64,000 nucleotides of DNA, taken from assembly GCA_000091205.1 (NCBI GenBank), contig AP006502.2; one strand, 5' to 3'. Source of the DNA: Cyanidioschyzon merolae (taxonomy: Eukaryota). Made by a program: the position numbers and the translations under genes. The notes under the pieces were generated by a model. That model saw only the letters and a list, made by a program, of their open reading frames with translations. It was not told where the DNA came from and did not search any database. This document shows positions 33,074-43,933 of the stretch, in pieces (within the stretch, counting starts at the first letter, position 1; each line of letters starts with the position of its first letter).

Positions 33074-33872
33074 CACAAACCATTGATCGGTGCATGAGAC
33101 CATGAAACCGCGGGCATGGGAATCTAAAGCGCGGAAGCAAATGGCCATGCCGGTGGCGGCACCTGTGAAATGAAGTTACAGTGATGAATTGGAACGCTGT
33201 ACCCAGCAGGAGAGGTATTCCTGCCCTGTCATCGCTCAAAATTGAGAGCCTCAAAGCTGGTACTCGATGCTCTAGAGTAGAGGGTGTTTTCACTGCTGGG
33301 ATTAACATGGACAGCTTCATTGCCGGGTCAGTTGGTCCACTCTGTGCACTCTCGGCCTGGGCCGTATAAGGGCTTCGAACCGTTTTATGCTGCGGAAAGG
33401 TTGACGCCATCCATAACGCGGCAGCCGTCCACCGTAAAGGATCGCTTCGCGGTAGCGCCGTGATTATGAGGCCGCCACTCCTAGAACTGAGCTCCAAAGC
33501 GCTCGGCAACGCCACCTGCTTATGCATGTGTACGCGTTGCACGTACCGGATCGCCAGCACGAGCTGCATGCTGTCTGGTGTGCTTTCACGTAATGAGCTT
33601 GGAAGACTAGAATCCTGCGTTATCACGGAGGCATGCGCGGCACGCGGACCTCGACACGCTGCACCTCGAACGCGTTTGCGTCTGACAAGTGTTGGGCCAC
33701 GCTGAGGACTTCCGTTCCAATCTCGTAAATCCGTGTCGAATGTGGTAAAACAGCCAACGGATCGCAGAGAGTCTCAACTAAGTGAGCTGGATATTACAAA
33801 AGAGGCTGCTTCCGGGGACACTATTCGAGAATCTCAAAAGTGGCATGTCTTTCTGACGTAATTTACCGTCAG

Positions 33873-34361
33873 TCACATCCTCCCCACGCTTGGGTACTGC
33901 GATGTTACGATATTCGTGTTCCCAGGGTCCGCGTCAACGATCAAGTCGTTATCTTGCGCCTTCTGCGTCGCAGGATCCGCCTCTTCCTTTTCTTCTTGCG
34001 GCACCGCGCCAACGACAAGGTCGTCATCCCGCACTTTCTGTGTCGCAGGATCCGCTTCCTTCTCATCTTCATGCTTCGTCACGGGGAAAGCCGAAGGCAC
34101 GATAGGGCGATCCGCCTTCACCCGCCGATAGTGGACACACGTGCCTACTACACCGGTTTCGATCATCCCCGTGAATATCTTCTGCTTGCTCGTATTGAGA
34201 CGTTTGAAATCGAATATATTCCTCCAGTACGCCTCCCGGGTTTCGCCGGTGAACTCTGTCTTCCGTACATTGAACTCCGGACTGATCTCCTTGAAGATGC
34301 CGTAAAGGATTCTCGAGTCGATAGTCACGAAATCTGACTTGATGTTGCACATTGGAACCAC
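33873..34361 (-). pseudogene. Truncated TnpB/Fanzor-like N-terminal fragment, copy C
   Basis: The first ~95 aa are identical to copy B 31213-31500. It then has two acidic 24-aa repeats and stops right after 'DPGNTNI'. Confidence 0.45.
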
Positions 34362-34611
34362 GTTGAAGCGCTTCCCAATTAGGACAGCCTTCCGTCTCTC
34401 CCACTCTTCATTTTTTCCCTCTCACCTTCATCTCCGCCTTGCGTTCGAGTTCTTGGTCCAGAAACACGAAATACCGCAGGGCGAGGCGATAGTATCTTTC
34501 CTTATCTTTCTTCAACTCTGATATCTTTGCTGCCGGATTCGCCAGCCCCAGTACCGCACGGTGCTCTTGTGTAGCCGCACGGATCACAAAAGCTTCATTC
34601 GTGCTCCTGTG

Positions 34612-34914
34612 TCACTTCTTCTTGTCGACAAATTCGATCTGACCTTCATGTCGGCAATCGTTCGTGATGCCATTGATAATCGCCCATATCCCTCTACCAG
34701 AGATGCCCGGGTGAGCTGCAAACACGGCGCTTATCATAAAACCTTCGAGGCTCACTGTCGAATGGTTCTTCAGGTTCGTGAGGTACTTCATCGCCCCGTC
34801 AGAGTGTATTCTGGGACTAGGAGCGGGCACGCTGTGTCTGGGCATCGCCCTGCTCAGGTTGTAATCCTGGTATATCGATTCGCGCCGCCGCATAGAGGAC
34901 GTCTGCTTGCCCAT
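34612..34914 (-). CDS. Conserved small ORF of the repeat family (copy C, 100 aa)
   Basis: Differs from copy B 30660-30962 at 2 of 100 residues. Confidence 0.4.
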   Translation of the reverse strand: MGKQTSSMRRRESIYQDYNLSRAMPRHSVPAPSPRIHSDGAMKYLTNLKNHSTVSLEGFMISAVFAAHPGISGRGIWAIINGITNDCRHEGQIEFVDKKK

Positions 34915-35469
34915 TTTTAGGCTCCCAGAATGATTACGTACTCCGACTCCGTATCTGGTGAAGCGTTCTGCGATATGACGCCCTCAGTGGCATGGCAAAG
35001 CCGTTCTCTCTCTGTGCAGCATCTGCATCAGCGGTTTAGGCGCTATTGCGGGTTGCAGCGCTGCAGGCACTCGGCGCACGATGGAACGTACAGAACGACC
35101 CCCAAGTCCGAGAGGAAGTACGGGTACTCGAACTAGAACTTGGAGCTTCAAATAAAGAGTGATTTCCAGAAAGTTACTACCCATCCATCACGCAACCTGG
35201 GATCCATGGTCCATATACACGTTTCGTCATCGAAAAAAGACAGATCATTGTGGGCGCAGACTGCCGTGCGCGCTGCCTCGTAGCGCCGCGCCCGGCGCGA
35301 CGCTACGCCTCCGCCACCGAAGGCCATCGGGGCGCAGGCGCCACCGCAGAAGCAAGCCTCCGCCGATCGACTGCCTCAGGTCAACGCGATGCAGCTTTCG
35401 TAGTGTTTTGAGCGGAGCGCTCGCATCCTGTGTAGGTTTCTTTGGCTTTGCACTCGCCTACATAAGGCT

Positions 35470-38400
35470 ATGCCTGGTCAACCTGCCATAAGAGTTCATG
35501 ACACGCTAGGATTCGCCGTCAATGTACGATTCCAGACGGATGTGCTCGGAACGCAGCTTGCAACGCGTGACACAACGTTCGTGCACGTGGCGCTGCAACA
35601 GCAACGGCGACAACGAGCGTATCCGAACCGGTCTGGACGACGACACGTTCACCAGAGCGAACAGCGACTCGACGTGCTCCATCGCAATTCAGCATGGCGT
35701 CCGCAAGGTACAGTTCAACGGAGTTCGTCTCGCATGGAGTTGTGGCTCTCGACGGACGAGGGTGAGGTCTTCGGGCCGGCGCCGGCGTTCTCTGTGAAAA
35801 CAAAGGCCGCACCCCGTACAGAAGTTCCCGGAAAAACGGCATCCGGGAGCACTGCGATGTTGTCGGCCTCGAGGGAACAGGGCTCTGGAGACGGTCGGAC
35901 ACGCGTCGACCGTCGACGCCTCAAGTTGCTCTTTCAGCTGGCCTGCGATGCGGAGTCGAAAGGCCGTTTCGCCGAGGCAGCAAGCCTTGCTCGCCAGTGT
36001 CTTGAACTGGACGAGTATGATGCTCGCTCCTGGTTGTTGCTGGCACGTCTCGAAGCGAGCCTCGTACATGCGGACGATCGCAGCTGCACAGTCAGTGTCG
36101 TCAACGGCACGGAGGGCATCCATGTCTGCACAAGCCACCAGCGTGCACGTAACACTTACCGTCAGGGCGTACTCATGTGCCCCGATTCAGTGCATCTGTT
36201 ACATGCTTGGGCGATGTTCGAATATCGACTCGGGGAGATCGAAACTGCACGGGAGCTCTTCCGCCGCGGTCTTGCTCTAGATCCGGCGAACGCCTACATT
36301 TACCACTCGTGGGGACTGATGGAGTGCCGACGTGGAGGCGTCGAGAAGGCCCAGCAACTCTATGTTGAAGCATCTGCATGCTGCTTGAATGATGCGATTT
36401 GTAGCGCCTGGGCCGAACTCGAGGCACGTGGCGGCCGAATGCGTCTCGCTCGCTGCATTTTCGAGCTCGGTCTGGTAATGCTGCTTCGTGATTTCGCGGA
36501 CACGCTGCATCTTACGGGTTCGGATACCGAAGAGCACGATCCAAATCGAGAAGCGGTCCGAGATATGCCGTACGGCTCGCTTCGCAGTCTCGTCCGGGTG
36601 CTGGTTGCGGAGCACTTGAGGGAGAAGGAACGCCCCCCAGTTTCTGGCTTGTGTGGGAAAGAGCGTGACATGGCGTGCCTATCACCGAACGCTGATGCCC
36701 GGCCTACGCCCGGAGAACGCAGTGAGCGAGCGCTCCGAGCCTTACTTTTGGATTGGTTATCTTGGTATAGAGACGGGCGCAACCCGAATCTGATCCATAT
36801 TCGTCTCACGGTACGCACGCGATCGCGCAGAGGTGATCGATATCAGCTGGCTGCGGACCATTGTGTGCAGTATGCAGACTCGGAGCTCACCCATGGGTCC
36901 ATCACGCGAACACGGGAAATCCTACAGTGGGCACTGGATCTTGATCCCACCAATGTGAAAGTCCTGCTGGCGTGCGCTCGTCTTGATGCACAACGTGGCG
37001 CCCATGAGCGGGCTCGCTCTCTGTTTCGGGCGGCGGAAAGCGCGCTCCGAAAGCGAGGAACTGCAGTTGAACGCATAGACGATGCGCAGAGTGCGAGTCA
37101 CCGAGTTGGTGTCTCTCTCTATACATCCTGGGCAACGATGGAGATGAATTTGAGCAGGCCGGTCGAAGCAAATGCCGTGCTTGAACGAGGGAATGAACGC
37201 TTCCCCCGGAACCACGCCCTCTACCAAACCTGGGCACTAGTGCAGGAAAAGCGGGGACAGCCGGATGCAGCCCGCCAACTCTTGGAACAATCCGTTCGCT
37301 TGCGACCGAACGCGCCTGCCTATGTCGCATGGGCTCTGCTGGAGGAGCGCGAGGGCCATTTGGACACGGCACGTGAGCTCTTCGAAGCCGCTCTGCAAGT
37401 GGATCCGAGCCACAGCGCCACCTACAATGCTTATGGTCGTCTCGAGGCTCGTGCCGGGGACCTCGAAAAAGCTCGCCGTGTTTTTCTTCGTGGTCTGCAT
37501 GTCCAACAGGCACCCTGCATCTATCATGGATTCGCCCTCGTCGAGCTACGCTACGGGAATGGTATCCGACGAGCAGAGGAGATCCTTTTGGAAGGAATCG
37601 CGCAGAAAAGCGACAGAAGTATGTTTCTATGGCACACACTAGGTGCTCTCGCTTTTCAACAGAAAAAGTATGAAAAAGCGCGAGAGATTTTCGCCCAGGC
37701 GCTTCAGATCTACCCCAGCAATAGTCGATTGCTTCTCGGAGCGGCGCTCTCGTACGCAGCAGAGGCAACGGCTTTAGACGCGGAGAGGCCGCGCCAGTTA
37801 TTTCGGCGCGCGCTACAGGAGGATTCCTTTCACGGACATGCATGGCAATGCTGGGGAGTATTCGAGAGTCGCCTTGGCAACGTGGATGCTGCCCGGTTAC
37901 TCTTTGAACGCGGCGTTGAGCGATGTCCGTTCCACGTACCACTTTGGCAGGCGTACGCGCTGCTGGAGAGCACCGCAGGGAATATCCGCAAAGCTCGCAT
38001 CCTCTTTGAACGCGGCATGCAGCTAGAAAGCGACCACGTTCATCTCTTGAATGCTTACGCATGTATGGAAGCACGAGTCGGCAACTATCAAAAGGCACAG
38101 TGTTTACTGGAACGGGCGCTGCGCATCGATCCTGGGCATGGTGCAACCTGGAACGCGCGTGCCTTGCTGGAGCTGCGCAGAGGGAACCAGCACGGCGCTC
38201 GCGAGGTGCTAGAGGAGGGCCTCGGAAAGGACGCCAACCACGCGCCGCTGTACCGAACCTATGCGCGTCTGGAGTTAGCGCTTGGCAACGTTGAACGAGC
38301 ACGGCTGCTCATTGAACAGGGCCTTGTCAGGGATGCCAGCGATTCCGGCCTGATCCAGCTGCGCACTGATTTGCAGAAGCCGTCAGCAGTTTTCACAGCC

Positions 38401-38583
38401 GGCGCTTTTGAACGGTGGGCAGATCTATCACCGCGAGAAAGCGCCGGAAGCATGTCCGTACTTGCACGTCTTCAAGCAGAACTGTCCGAAGCATCAATCT
38501 CAACGACAGATTTTGATCTTTTCGCCATTCAGTCTGTGGACGATGCGCTGCAAGAGGGCCATTCCTCGATCGATGCACGCTAG
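35470..38583 (+). CDS. HAT/TPR (half-a-TPR) repeat protein, similar to plastid RNA-maturation factors of the Mbb1/HCF107 class. The ORF is 1037 aa, but the true start may be an internal Met (e.g. 'MELWLSTDEG' around 35736).
   Basis: About 15 tandem ~34-aa helical repeats with the HAT pattern (W..WA..E...G....AR..FERAL ...), e.g. 'SWLLLARLEASL', 'LLHAWAMFEYRLGEIETARELFRRGLALDP', 'YIYHSWGLMECRRG', 'ALYQTWALVQEKRGQPDAARQLLEQSVRLRP', 'YVAWALLEEREGHLDTARELFEAALQVDP'. Confidence 0.7.
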   Translation: MPGQPAIRVHDTLGFAVNVRFQTDVLGTQLATRDTTFVHVALQQQRRQRAYPNRSGRRHVHQSEQRLDVLHRNSAWRPQGTVQRSSSRMELWLSTDEGEVFGPAPAFSVKTKAAPRTEVPGKTASGSTAMLSASREQGSGDGRTRVDRRRLKLLFQLACDAESKGRFAEAASLARQCLELDEYDARSWLLLARLEASLVHADDRSCTVSVVNGTEGIHVCTSHQRARNTYRQGVLMCPDSVHLLHAWAMFEYRLGEIETARELFRRGLALDPANAYIYHSWGLMECRRGGVEKAQQLYVEASACCLNDAICSAWAELEARGGRMRLARCIFELGLVMLLRDFADTLHLTGSDTEEHDPNREAVRDMPYGSLRSLVRVLVAEHLREKERPPVSGLCGKERDMACLSPNADARPTPGERSERALRALLLDWLSWYRDGRNPNLIHIRLTVRTRSRRGDRYQLAADHCVQYADSELTHGSITRTREILQWALDLDPTNVKVLLACARLDAQRGAHERARSLFRAAESALRKRGTAVERIDDAQSASHRVGVSLYTSWATMEMNLSRPVEANAVLERGNERFPRNHALYQTWALVQEKRGQPDAARQLLEQSVRLRPNAPAYVAWALLEEREGHLDTARELFEAALQVDPSHSATYNAYGRLEARAGDLEKARRVFLRGLHVQQAPCIYHGFALVELRYGNGIRRAEEILLEGIAQKSDRSMFLWHTLGALAFQQKKYEKAREIFAQALQIYPSNSRLLLGAALSYAAEATALDAERPRQLFRRALQEDSFHGHAWQCWGVFESRLGNVDAARLLFERGVERCPFHVPLWQAYALLESTAGNIRKARILFERGMQLESDHVHLLNAYACMEARVGNYQKAQCLLERALRIDPGHGATWNARALLELRRGNQHGAREVLEEGLGKDANHAPLYRTYARLELALGNVERARLLIEQGLVRDASDSGLIQLRTDLQKPSAVFTAGAFERWADLSPRESAGSMSVLARLQAELSEASISTTDFDLFAIQSVDDALQEGHSSIDAR

Positions 38584-40222
38584 GGCCTCGCGAGCACGCT
38601 CCGCGTATGCATGCAGATTGTGTGAGAATCGACCAGGCGGGCGTCATTCGGCAGCCAGGACGCCATGCGTTTTGGTGAACGTGCCTGCGTGCATGCGATG
38701 CGCCGCCAGTTGCCTGGCGACGGCATTTGTGCTTTTCTTTGGTACGTGTGCGTCATTCGAGCACGGACGTGTCGGACACGTGGCAGACGCGATATGCATG
38801 CCATGCTGCATGCACCGCTGCGATCGTTTCCATAGCGTAAATCGACAAAAACACGAACACACAAATGCATGTTTGCGCATAGAGCCTTTCCGCTGCAAGC
38901 ACACATCGTTGTGCTTTCGGAATGCGCATTCCGCGCAGTTTGCAGTACAGCGGCACCGATCCTGGATGCGCTTCAAGACGACGTCGACGCTCTTGACGAG
39001 GTTTCCCATCATAGAACGTATAACTTGCCCTTGTTTCCGTATAGTCTGTCGCAACCACAGGTTCCTGGATCGAGTTGGATTTGCGACTGGGACGTGTCCC
39101 CCAAGTGAGGATCCTGCTTTCGCTTTACACGTGCTTGAGCAGCATCCATGACAGCAGGCACCATAGCATCCGGAATGCAGGATGGAGACCGACGGGGTCC
39201 CGTGGTTCGATGTGGAACGGCGCTGGCACAGACGTTCATACAGTGATGAGCGTGCACGCTCCAGTGCCACTACTCATAGCTGCCAAATAGGTACGGCAGC
39301 GCAGTTCGATTGTTTTCCGCGGGTTTCAGACCGTTTCTTCCAACCAGGAAATCCCCGATTGACCAGTGCTCAATTGAGGTAACGATCGAGACAGAGGAGG
39401 CGCGCTCAAGGCAGCAGCGGACGCTGTGCATGGAGCAGCCAGCCGCGAACCAGATCATGTGCAGGCGCTTCGTCGCGAAAGTATTCGTAGAGGATGCAAT
39501 GGGGACAAGTGCGAAGAGATGGGATGCCCTGCACGAGCCTATGCCGATGATTGCCAAAAAGGTTTAGCGGTCTGTGAAGACTCCGTATGGAAAGCAGCGA
39601 TATCTCGACAAGTGAACTCCCAGGCGTGTGTGTGGTCCTTCATTGCTCAGGGCACGAAGCCTCCTCCGAACATGCAGTGCAGATACGGATTTCGAAAAAC
39701 CGCATGAATGGAGGACGGGATTCGCGTCCATGCTGCACGCATCACCGCCTAGATTCTACTGGATGCAAAAGAGACCGACGCTGCGAACGCTTTCCAAACC
39801 GTCCGCATTCCGCTAGCTCAGTGGTCGATTCGAGTTCCTCAGCAGCCGCTCGTGGCGATGAGGTTCACCATCGAGTAGGAATGCGTACGATGGGCGATCC
39901 TGAATCCGGCCCTCTTGAGGTTTGCTCTGTGCTCGGATTCGGTCCTGATCGTATGGGCGCTTGTCCACGATCGCCAACCAGAGCATACTCCCTGCAAAGT
40001 ATACCCACCACTGCGAACATGTCCAGTCATAGGCTTCTACCAGCAAAAAATGCACAGAATAAAAGCGCGAATCGCTGGAGCTCCGGCTCGCCAGCGTCAC
40101 CCGGGGCTGGCCTTTATTATCGCACGCTCAAGATCAGAAGAAGGCACTGGCCTTCCGGACGATTTGGTGCCCACACTGGCCATTTCCACACACCAAAACG
40201 ATGTTCATGGGCTACGTAAGCA

Positions 40223-41809
40223 TCAGAGCGCGTCTAGCATGACGGCGCTGTCGCTGTCGGCGCTTCTCGTCGAGTATCGCATCAGCGCTGGGTCGCACTG
40301 TGCAGTCGTGCCGGGAACCTGTACCCGTTGCAGATCCTCAGCGATAAAAATGGAGAACTGTCCATCTTTCGCTCCTTGTCTGGCTTCTGCTAGGAGCTGT
40401 CGGCTACTTCGACCATCCTGATCGTCGTACCGCGCGCTTATATGGGTCAAGGCGAGCGCTCCCGTCAGATTGGCGCGCTTTGCAAAGGCACCAGCCATTC
40501 GTGCTGTGCTATGCTGGACGGATCGAGCACGATGTGCCAGTTCATCACCGAGCGTCGCTTCATGGACAAGTAGCTGGCATTGATGCGCAGCTGGAAGAAT
40601 CAGCGTTGAATCGTATGTATCGCCGAGGATAACGAGCTTGCGCGGACCCGCTGCTGGCTGCAAGACCTCAGACGGTTCAATCCATTTGGACGCGTCGTGC
40701 GGATGAGGCACACTTCGTCCAAGCTTAAGCTCTTTCAAGATGGGGTGCGTCTCCAGTTGGTATTTCTGGCGCAGCGCGACAAGATCGATGCGAGGCAAAC
40801 GCTGTTTTTCGACGATCACGTAGCCGAAACAGGGCACAGAATGTCGCAGCGGGGCCACATACACAGAACCACGTTCATCATCGACGAGCTTCAGTGCGAT
40901 CGAGCCATGGATTCGCGGATCCTCGGGCATACTCTGGACATCAGCGAGCGACGGGAAATGAAAGTCAGTGCCGGCTTGCTCGCAGGGCAACATAGGTAAA
41001 CTGCAATCCATGGTAGGGGCCAGGGTCTCAGCCCAGGTTCGCAGTGCCGCGCGCGAAAGTCGGTTGTCCTCTACATTCATGAACTGCCTGCTCCATTCGT
41101 ACCAATCACGCAGCACGTCAGGCGCTGGGGGGACGATTTCGTGGAGTCGCAGTCGCAGCCGGGGATGCGCTCGGCCGACACCAAGCGCAGACCGGACCAG
41201 GAGTCGCAGCCCCGGCGGCCCGTACACATCGACGAGCGGCAGACGGCCCCGACGGTCTCCGGGGGCATCGCCGCTATCTCCTGCAGTCTCACTTTGATCG
41301 TCTGGAATAGAGTTGGCTCCGAGGCCGCACAGGAGTCCTGCCAATCCGAAACAGTGATCTCCGTGCAGATGGGTCAGGAAAATGCGCTCGATGCGCCCCA
41401 TGTGTAGATGACTCCGCATCAGCTGGTGCTGGGTCGCCTCGCCGACGTCAAATAGCCACAGCGCAGCTGACTTGCGCTGTTCCGCAAGGCCTATTCGCAC
41501 CGCCACAGAGAGGACATTGCGGCGGGGCGACGGTGCAGCTGCACCAGTGCCCAGGAACGTCACCTCGAGTCCCTGGAAGTTCCCCATCAACTCGGACGGG
41601 ACCGGCGTACTGCTCTCGGGGGCAACTCCCGGATGATAGGTAGCACCGATGCTGCTGCCAAAGCAACGCTCGTGTACATGTGTCTGTTTGCACAGTACCT
41701 GCGCCGTGCGAGCACCGAGTCGAAACTGGAGCAATGCGGAGCGTCCGCCAGGCGTACGGCGATGCCTGCGTCCGCATACCGAGAGCAGCACGTGGCTCAT
41801 TTGCTGCAT
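40223..41809 (-). CDS. tRNase Z (RNase Z / ELAC family metallo-beta-lactamase), 528 aa, with an N-terminal extension that may be an organellar presequence
   Basis: 'VTFLGTGAAAPSPRRNVLSVAV...LWLFDVGEATQHQLM...IERIFLTHLHGDHCFGLAGLL' carries the HxHxDH motif, plus later His/Asp motifs typical of RNase Z. Confidence 0.75.
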   Translation of the reverse strand: MQQMSHVLLSVCGRRHRRTPGGRSALLQFRLGARTAQVLCKQTHVHERCFGSSIGATYHPGVAPESSTPVPSELMGNFQGLEVTFLGTGAAAPSPRRNVLSVAVRIGLAEQRKSAALWLFDVGEATQHQLMRSHLHMGRIERIFLTHLHGDHCFGLAGLLCGLGANSIPDDQSETAGDSGDAPGDRRGRLPLVDVYGPPGLRLLVRSALGVGRAHPRLRLRLHEIVPPAPDVLRDWYEWSRQFMNVEDNRLSRAALRTWAETLAPTMDCSLPMLPCEQAGTDFHFPSLADVQSMPEDPRIHGSIALKLVDDERGSVYVAPLRHSVPCFGYVIVEKQRLPRIDLVALRQKYQLETHPILKELKLGRSVPHPHDASKWIEPSEVLQPAAGPRKLVILGDTYDSTLILPAAHQCQLLVHEATLGDELAHRARSVQHSTARMAGAFAKRANLTGALALTHISARYDDQDGRSSRQLLAEARQGAKDGQFSIFIAEDLQRVQVPGTTAQCDPALMRYSTRSADSDSAVMLDAL

Positions 41810-42009
41810 TCAAGACGGCAGAGCGCTCTTGTTAAGCGTCTCTACACTGCGACAATGCAGGTGTCGTTTGAAGCCCTAGACGCAGAATCGCACAGCCTTG
41901 TACCAAAGCACCGCGTCGAGTTCTCGCTCCTGGGGAGCTATGAGCACCCCAAGCGCGCTAGGCTCTCACGACCCAAAGCGCCCTTGAACGGTATTCTGAC
42001 CGAAACGCG

Positions 42010-42180
42010 GTGCCGCTTGCCCGATGCAAACGAGCCCAAGCTTCGTCCCGCTCTCGATCGATACCGTCACCGCAACGCTGTACCGCTCGCCCGATTCAAA
42101 CGAGCCCAAGCTTCGTCCCGCTCTCGATCGATACCGTCACCGCAACGCTGTGCCGCTTGGCAGGCGCGAACGAGCCCAAG
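42010..42180. repeat. Tandem repeat, ~70 bp unit x ~2.4, in the divergent intergenic region between tRNase Z (-) and the glycosyltransferase (+)
   Basis: 'g(t)gccgcttgcccgatgcaaacgagcccaagcttcgtcccgctctcgatcgataccgtcaccgcaacgct' occurs at 42010-42079 and 42080-42149, then partially at 42150-42180. Confidence 0.8.
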
Positions 42181-42415
42181 AATCACACTGAGGCACCAGA
42201 GGCGCTCAGCTCTGTGGTGTTTGCTGCCTGAGCAACGACCACTGCGAAGTGCGTCCCGCGCGGCTACGTCCTCCGCACCACACCGAAAACCGCTTTTTCC
42301 AGGCACCAAAGGCCACACAGAACCTTTCTATCTCCTGCTCCAGTACCCTATTCGTTGGTGCTACGGCCAAAGGTAAACGTTTCCGCTACCCTCAAAGGCG
42401 GTACGACGGCAGACC

Positions 42416-43933
42416 TTGTTGCGCTGCGCAGTTTCGCGCCTGTCCCAGACGCATCCCTGGCGTTGCGCTATCGCAGCGACAATTTTCGCTTCAAAGCGTC
42501 TGGTTTCTGCTCGCCGCTGCTTTCCTCGGCGGCGTTTGATGCAGACAAGGAGTGCTAGGGTGCGAAAGTCGAGGTCACCGCGAGAAATGATCGAAAAGGA
42601 TGACGATTTTCTTGATAGACAAGCGCAACCGCGGACACGGACGCTACCGTTCGCAGCATTGCTGACGCGCTTCAGGAGGCGGCGGCTGGGACACGCGTCC
42701 GCTTTGCGAAGGCTCACGCTGAACCTGCTCGTCCTTTTGGGGCTATGGACGGCTCTGCGGCAGATGGTGTGCCTGGTAACACCTGTTATGAACTGGCTGG
42801 GTCAGCGCTCGGCTTGTTTGTCTGCCCGCGAGCGGCACTGGCTCGGGCTCGACGGCGAGTCGCTAGACCCGCTCAGCCCGTACGTTGTGGCGCCCAGCGC
42901 GCGCTCTCTCTATCACGCTTCCTGTAGCGACGATGTCATTGTAGTCGTGCGCACCTCTAAGAAAACCTATCCGAAACGAGCCCCGACGATTATCCGCACG
43001 TGGTTGCGCGACTTTCCTCGCGAGCGGGTATTCTTCGTCTCTCCCGACGCTCTACCAGACTATGGCGCGCAAGTCCTGGTACTCGATGTCCTGAGAACCG
43101 ATATTTACTATGGGCACACGTATAGTCCGGATGCCGTCGGGACGCCGGTTTTTCTAAGACTGATGAAAAAGTTTGGAGCGAACTACGTATTGATCGTCGA
43201 CGATGATACATATGTTTTTGGGGAGAACTTTTGCAAGACGCTGCATGAGTTGGAGTCGAGTCGGCGTTCTGAATTTTTGTATTCCGGGTTTAGTTTCTGT
43301 ATGGATGCACCATATGGTGCCTATATGAACAAACGCTGCATCACACCGCCCGAGGCGAAGCGACCTCTGCCAACGCATCGACCGTGCACCGTGGGTTTCG
43401 CCTACGGCGGTGGCGGCGTTGTCATGAATGAAGCGCTCGTTCGCGCACTTGCTTCAGTGGCGGACGAGTGCTGGAATGAGACCTACTGCATCCGCGGTGG
43501 ATCGTTGCGGACCTGGTGGTGTATGTATTATCATCCGGAAATTTTCAAGGGCAAGGAGCAGCACATGGATATGCATTGGTCCTTCATGCCGAATCGACCG
43601 TCATACTATTTACAAACCATGGGCGCGCGAGGCCTGGTCCAGGGTGTGCCTTTCAACTCGAGCTTCAGGCCAGCGAGTTTCCATCATGTCGAAGGCGCCG
43701 AGGCGTACTGGTTGTACTCATTGCGACTGGCTCCGGATCCGCGTCAGCTGAATGTGCCGTCAGATTGGCGCGGCCAGGTCACGATGGCGCACATATTTGG
43801 ACATCCGCCTCCATGGGCTGGTGACTGTGAAGGTAGCTTCTTTCGAAAAGCCCAAAAAGAGGCCGAGGAGCGAATGGAACGCTTTCGAGGTAAGCTCAAA
43901 CAAGTTCATCAGGAGGCGCGTCCACACCCCTGA
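42416..43933 (+). CDS. Fringe-like / DUF604 glycosyltransferase (GT31-like), type-II membrane topology
   Basis: N-terminal TM 'LTLNLLVLLGLWTAL'. 'YVLIVDDDTYVFGENF' is a DxD-type motif in Fringe-like context. 'FAYGGGGVVMNEAL' matches the Fringe/B3GALT-like Gly-rich motif. Confidence 0.6.
   Translation: MLRCAVSRLSQTHPWRCAIAATIFASKRLVSARRCFPRRRLMQTRSARVRKSRSPREMIEKDDDFLDRQAQPRTRTLPFAALLTRFRRRRLGHASALRRLTLNLLVLLGLWTALRQMVCLVTPVMNWLGQRSACLSARERHWLGLDGESLDPLSPYVVAPSARSLYHASCSDDVIVVVRTSKKTYPKRAPTIIRTWLRDFPRERVFFVSPDALPDYGAQVLVLDVLRTDIYYGHTYSPDAVGTPVFLRLMKKFGANYVLIVDDDTYVFGENFCKTLHELESSRRSEFLYSGFSFCMDAPYGAYMNKRCITPPEAKRPLPTHRPCTVGFAYGGGGVVMNEALVRALASVADECWNETYCIRGGSLRTWWCMYYHPEIFKGKEQHMDMHWSFMPNRPSYYLQTMGARGLVQGVPFNSSFRPASFHHVEGAEAYWLYSLRLAPDPRQLNVPSDWRGQVTMAHIFGHPPPWAGDCEGSFFRKAQKEAEERMERFRGKLKQVHQEARPHP

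Larger units (their letters stand above)
33840..35232 (-). mobile_element. Repeat-family copy C: truncated, inverted partial copy. It carries the small ORF and the N-terminal part of the TnpB-like ORF, ending just after the RuvC-I motif.
   Basis: Reverse-complement near-identity to 30338-31740, roughly 98-99% judging from ORF translations. The TnpB-like ORF 34361-33873 ends '...[20 protein letters not shown]'. Confidence 0.65.

Noticed and set aside
32985-33626. 213-aa minus-strand ORF overlapping the 3' end of bL17 and extending toward inverted repeat C
   Set aside because: It overlaps a well-supported gene on the opposite strand, its composition is low-complexity, and it has no motifs. The region is better treated as the uncharacterised spacer between bL17 and repeat copy C.
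36902-38302. 466-aa ORF antisense to the HAT-repeat gene (similar antisense ORFs: 1280-1804 vs PGI, 8836-9240, 18381-18965)
   Set aside because: High GC content suppresses stop codons in antisense frames. The products are Arg/Pro/Ala-rich with no motifs and fully overlap well-supported genes.
38408-39151. 247-aa Cys/His/Arg-rich ORF downstream of the HAT-repeat gene, overlapped by a 208-aa antisense ORF (38644-39270)
   Set aside because: No regular Cys spacing indicative of a real zinc-binding domain, and both strands are open. Probably a compositional artefact in a 3' UTR or intergenic region.
39800-39860. tRNA-like D-arm sequence 'gctagctcagtggtcgattcgag'
   Set aside because: It has a D-loop-like 'TAGCTCAGTGG' but no matching acceptor stem, anticodon arm or GTTCGAATC-type T-loop within 70-90 bp. 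Most likely a chance resemblance.
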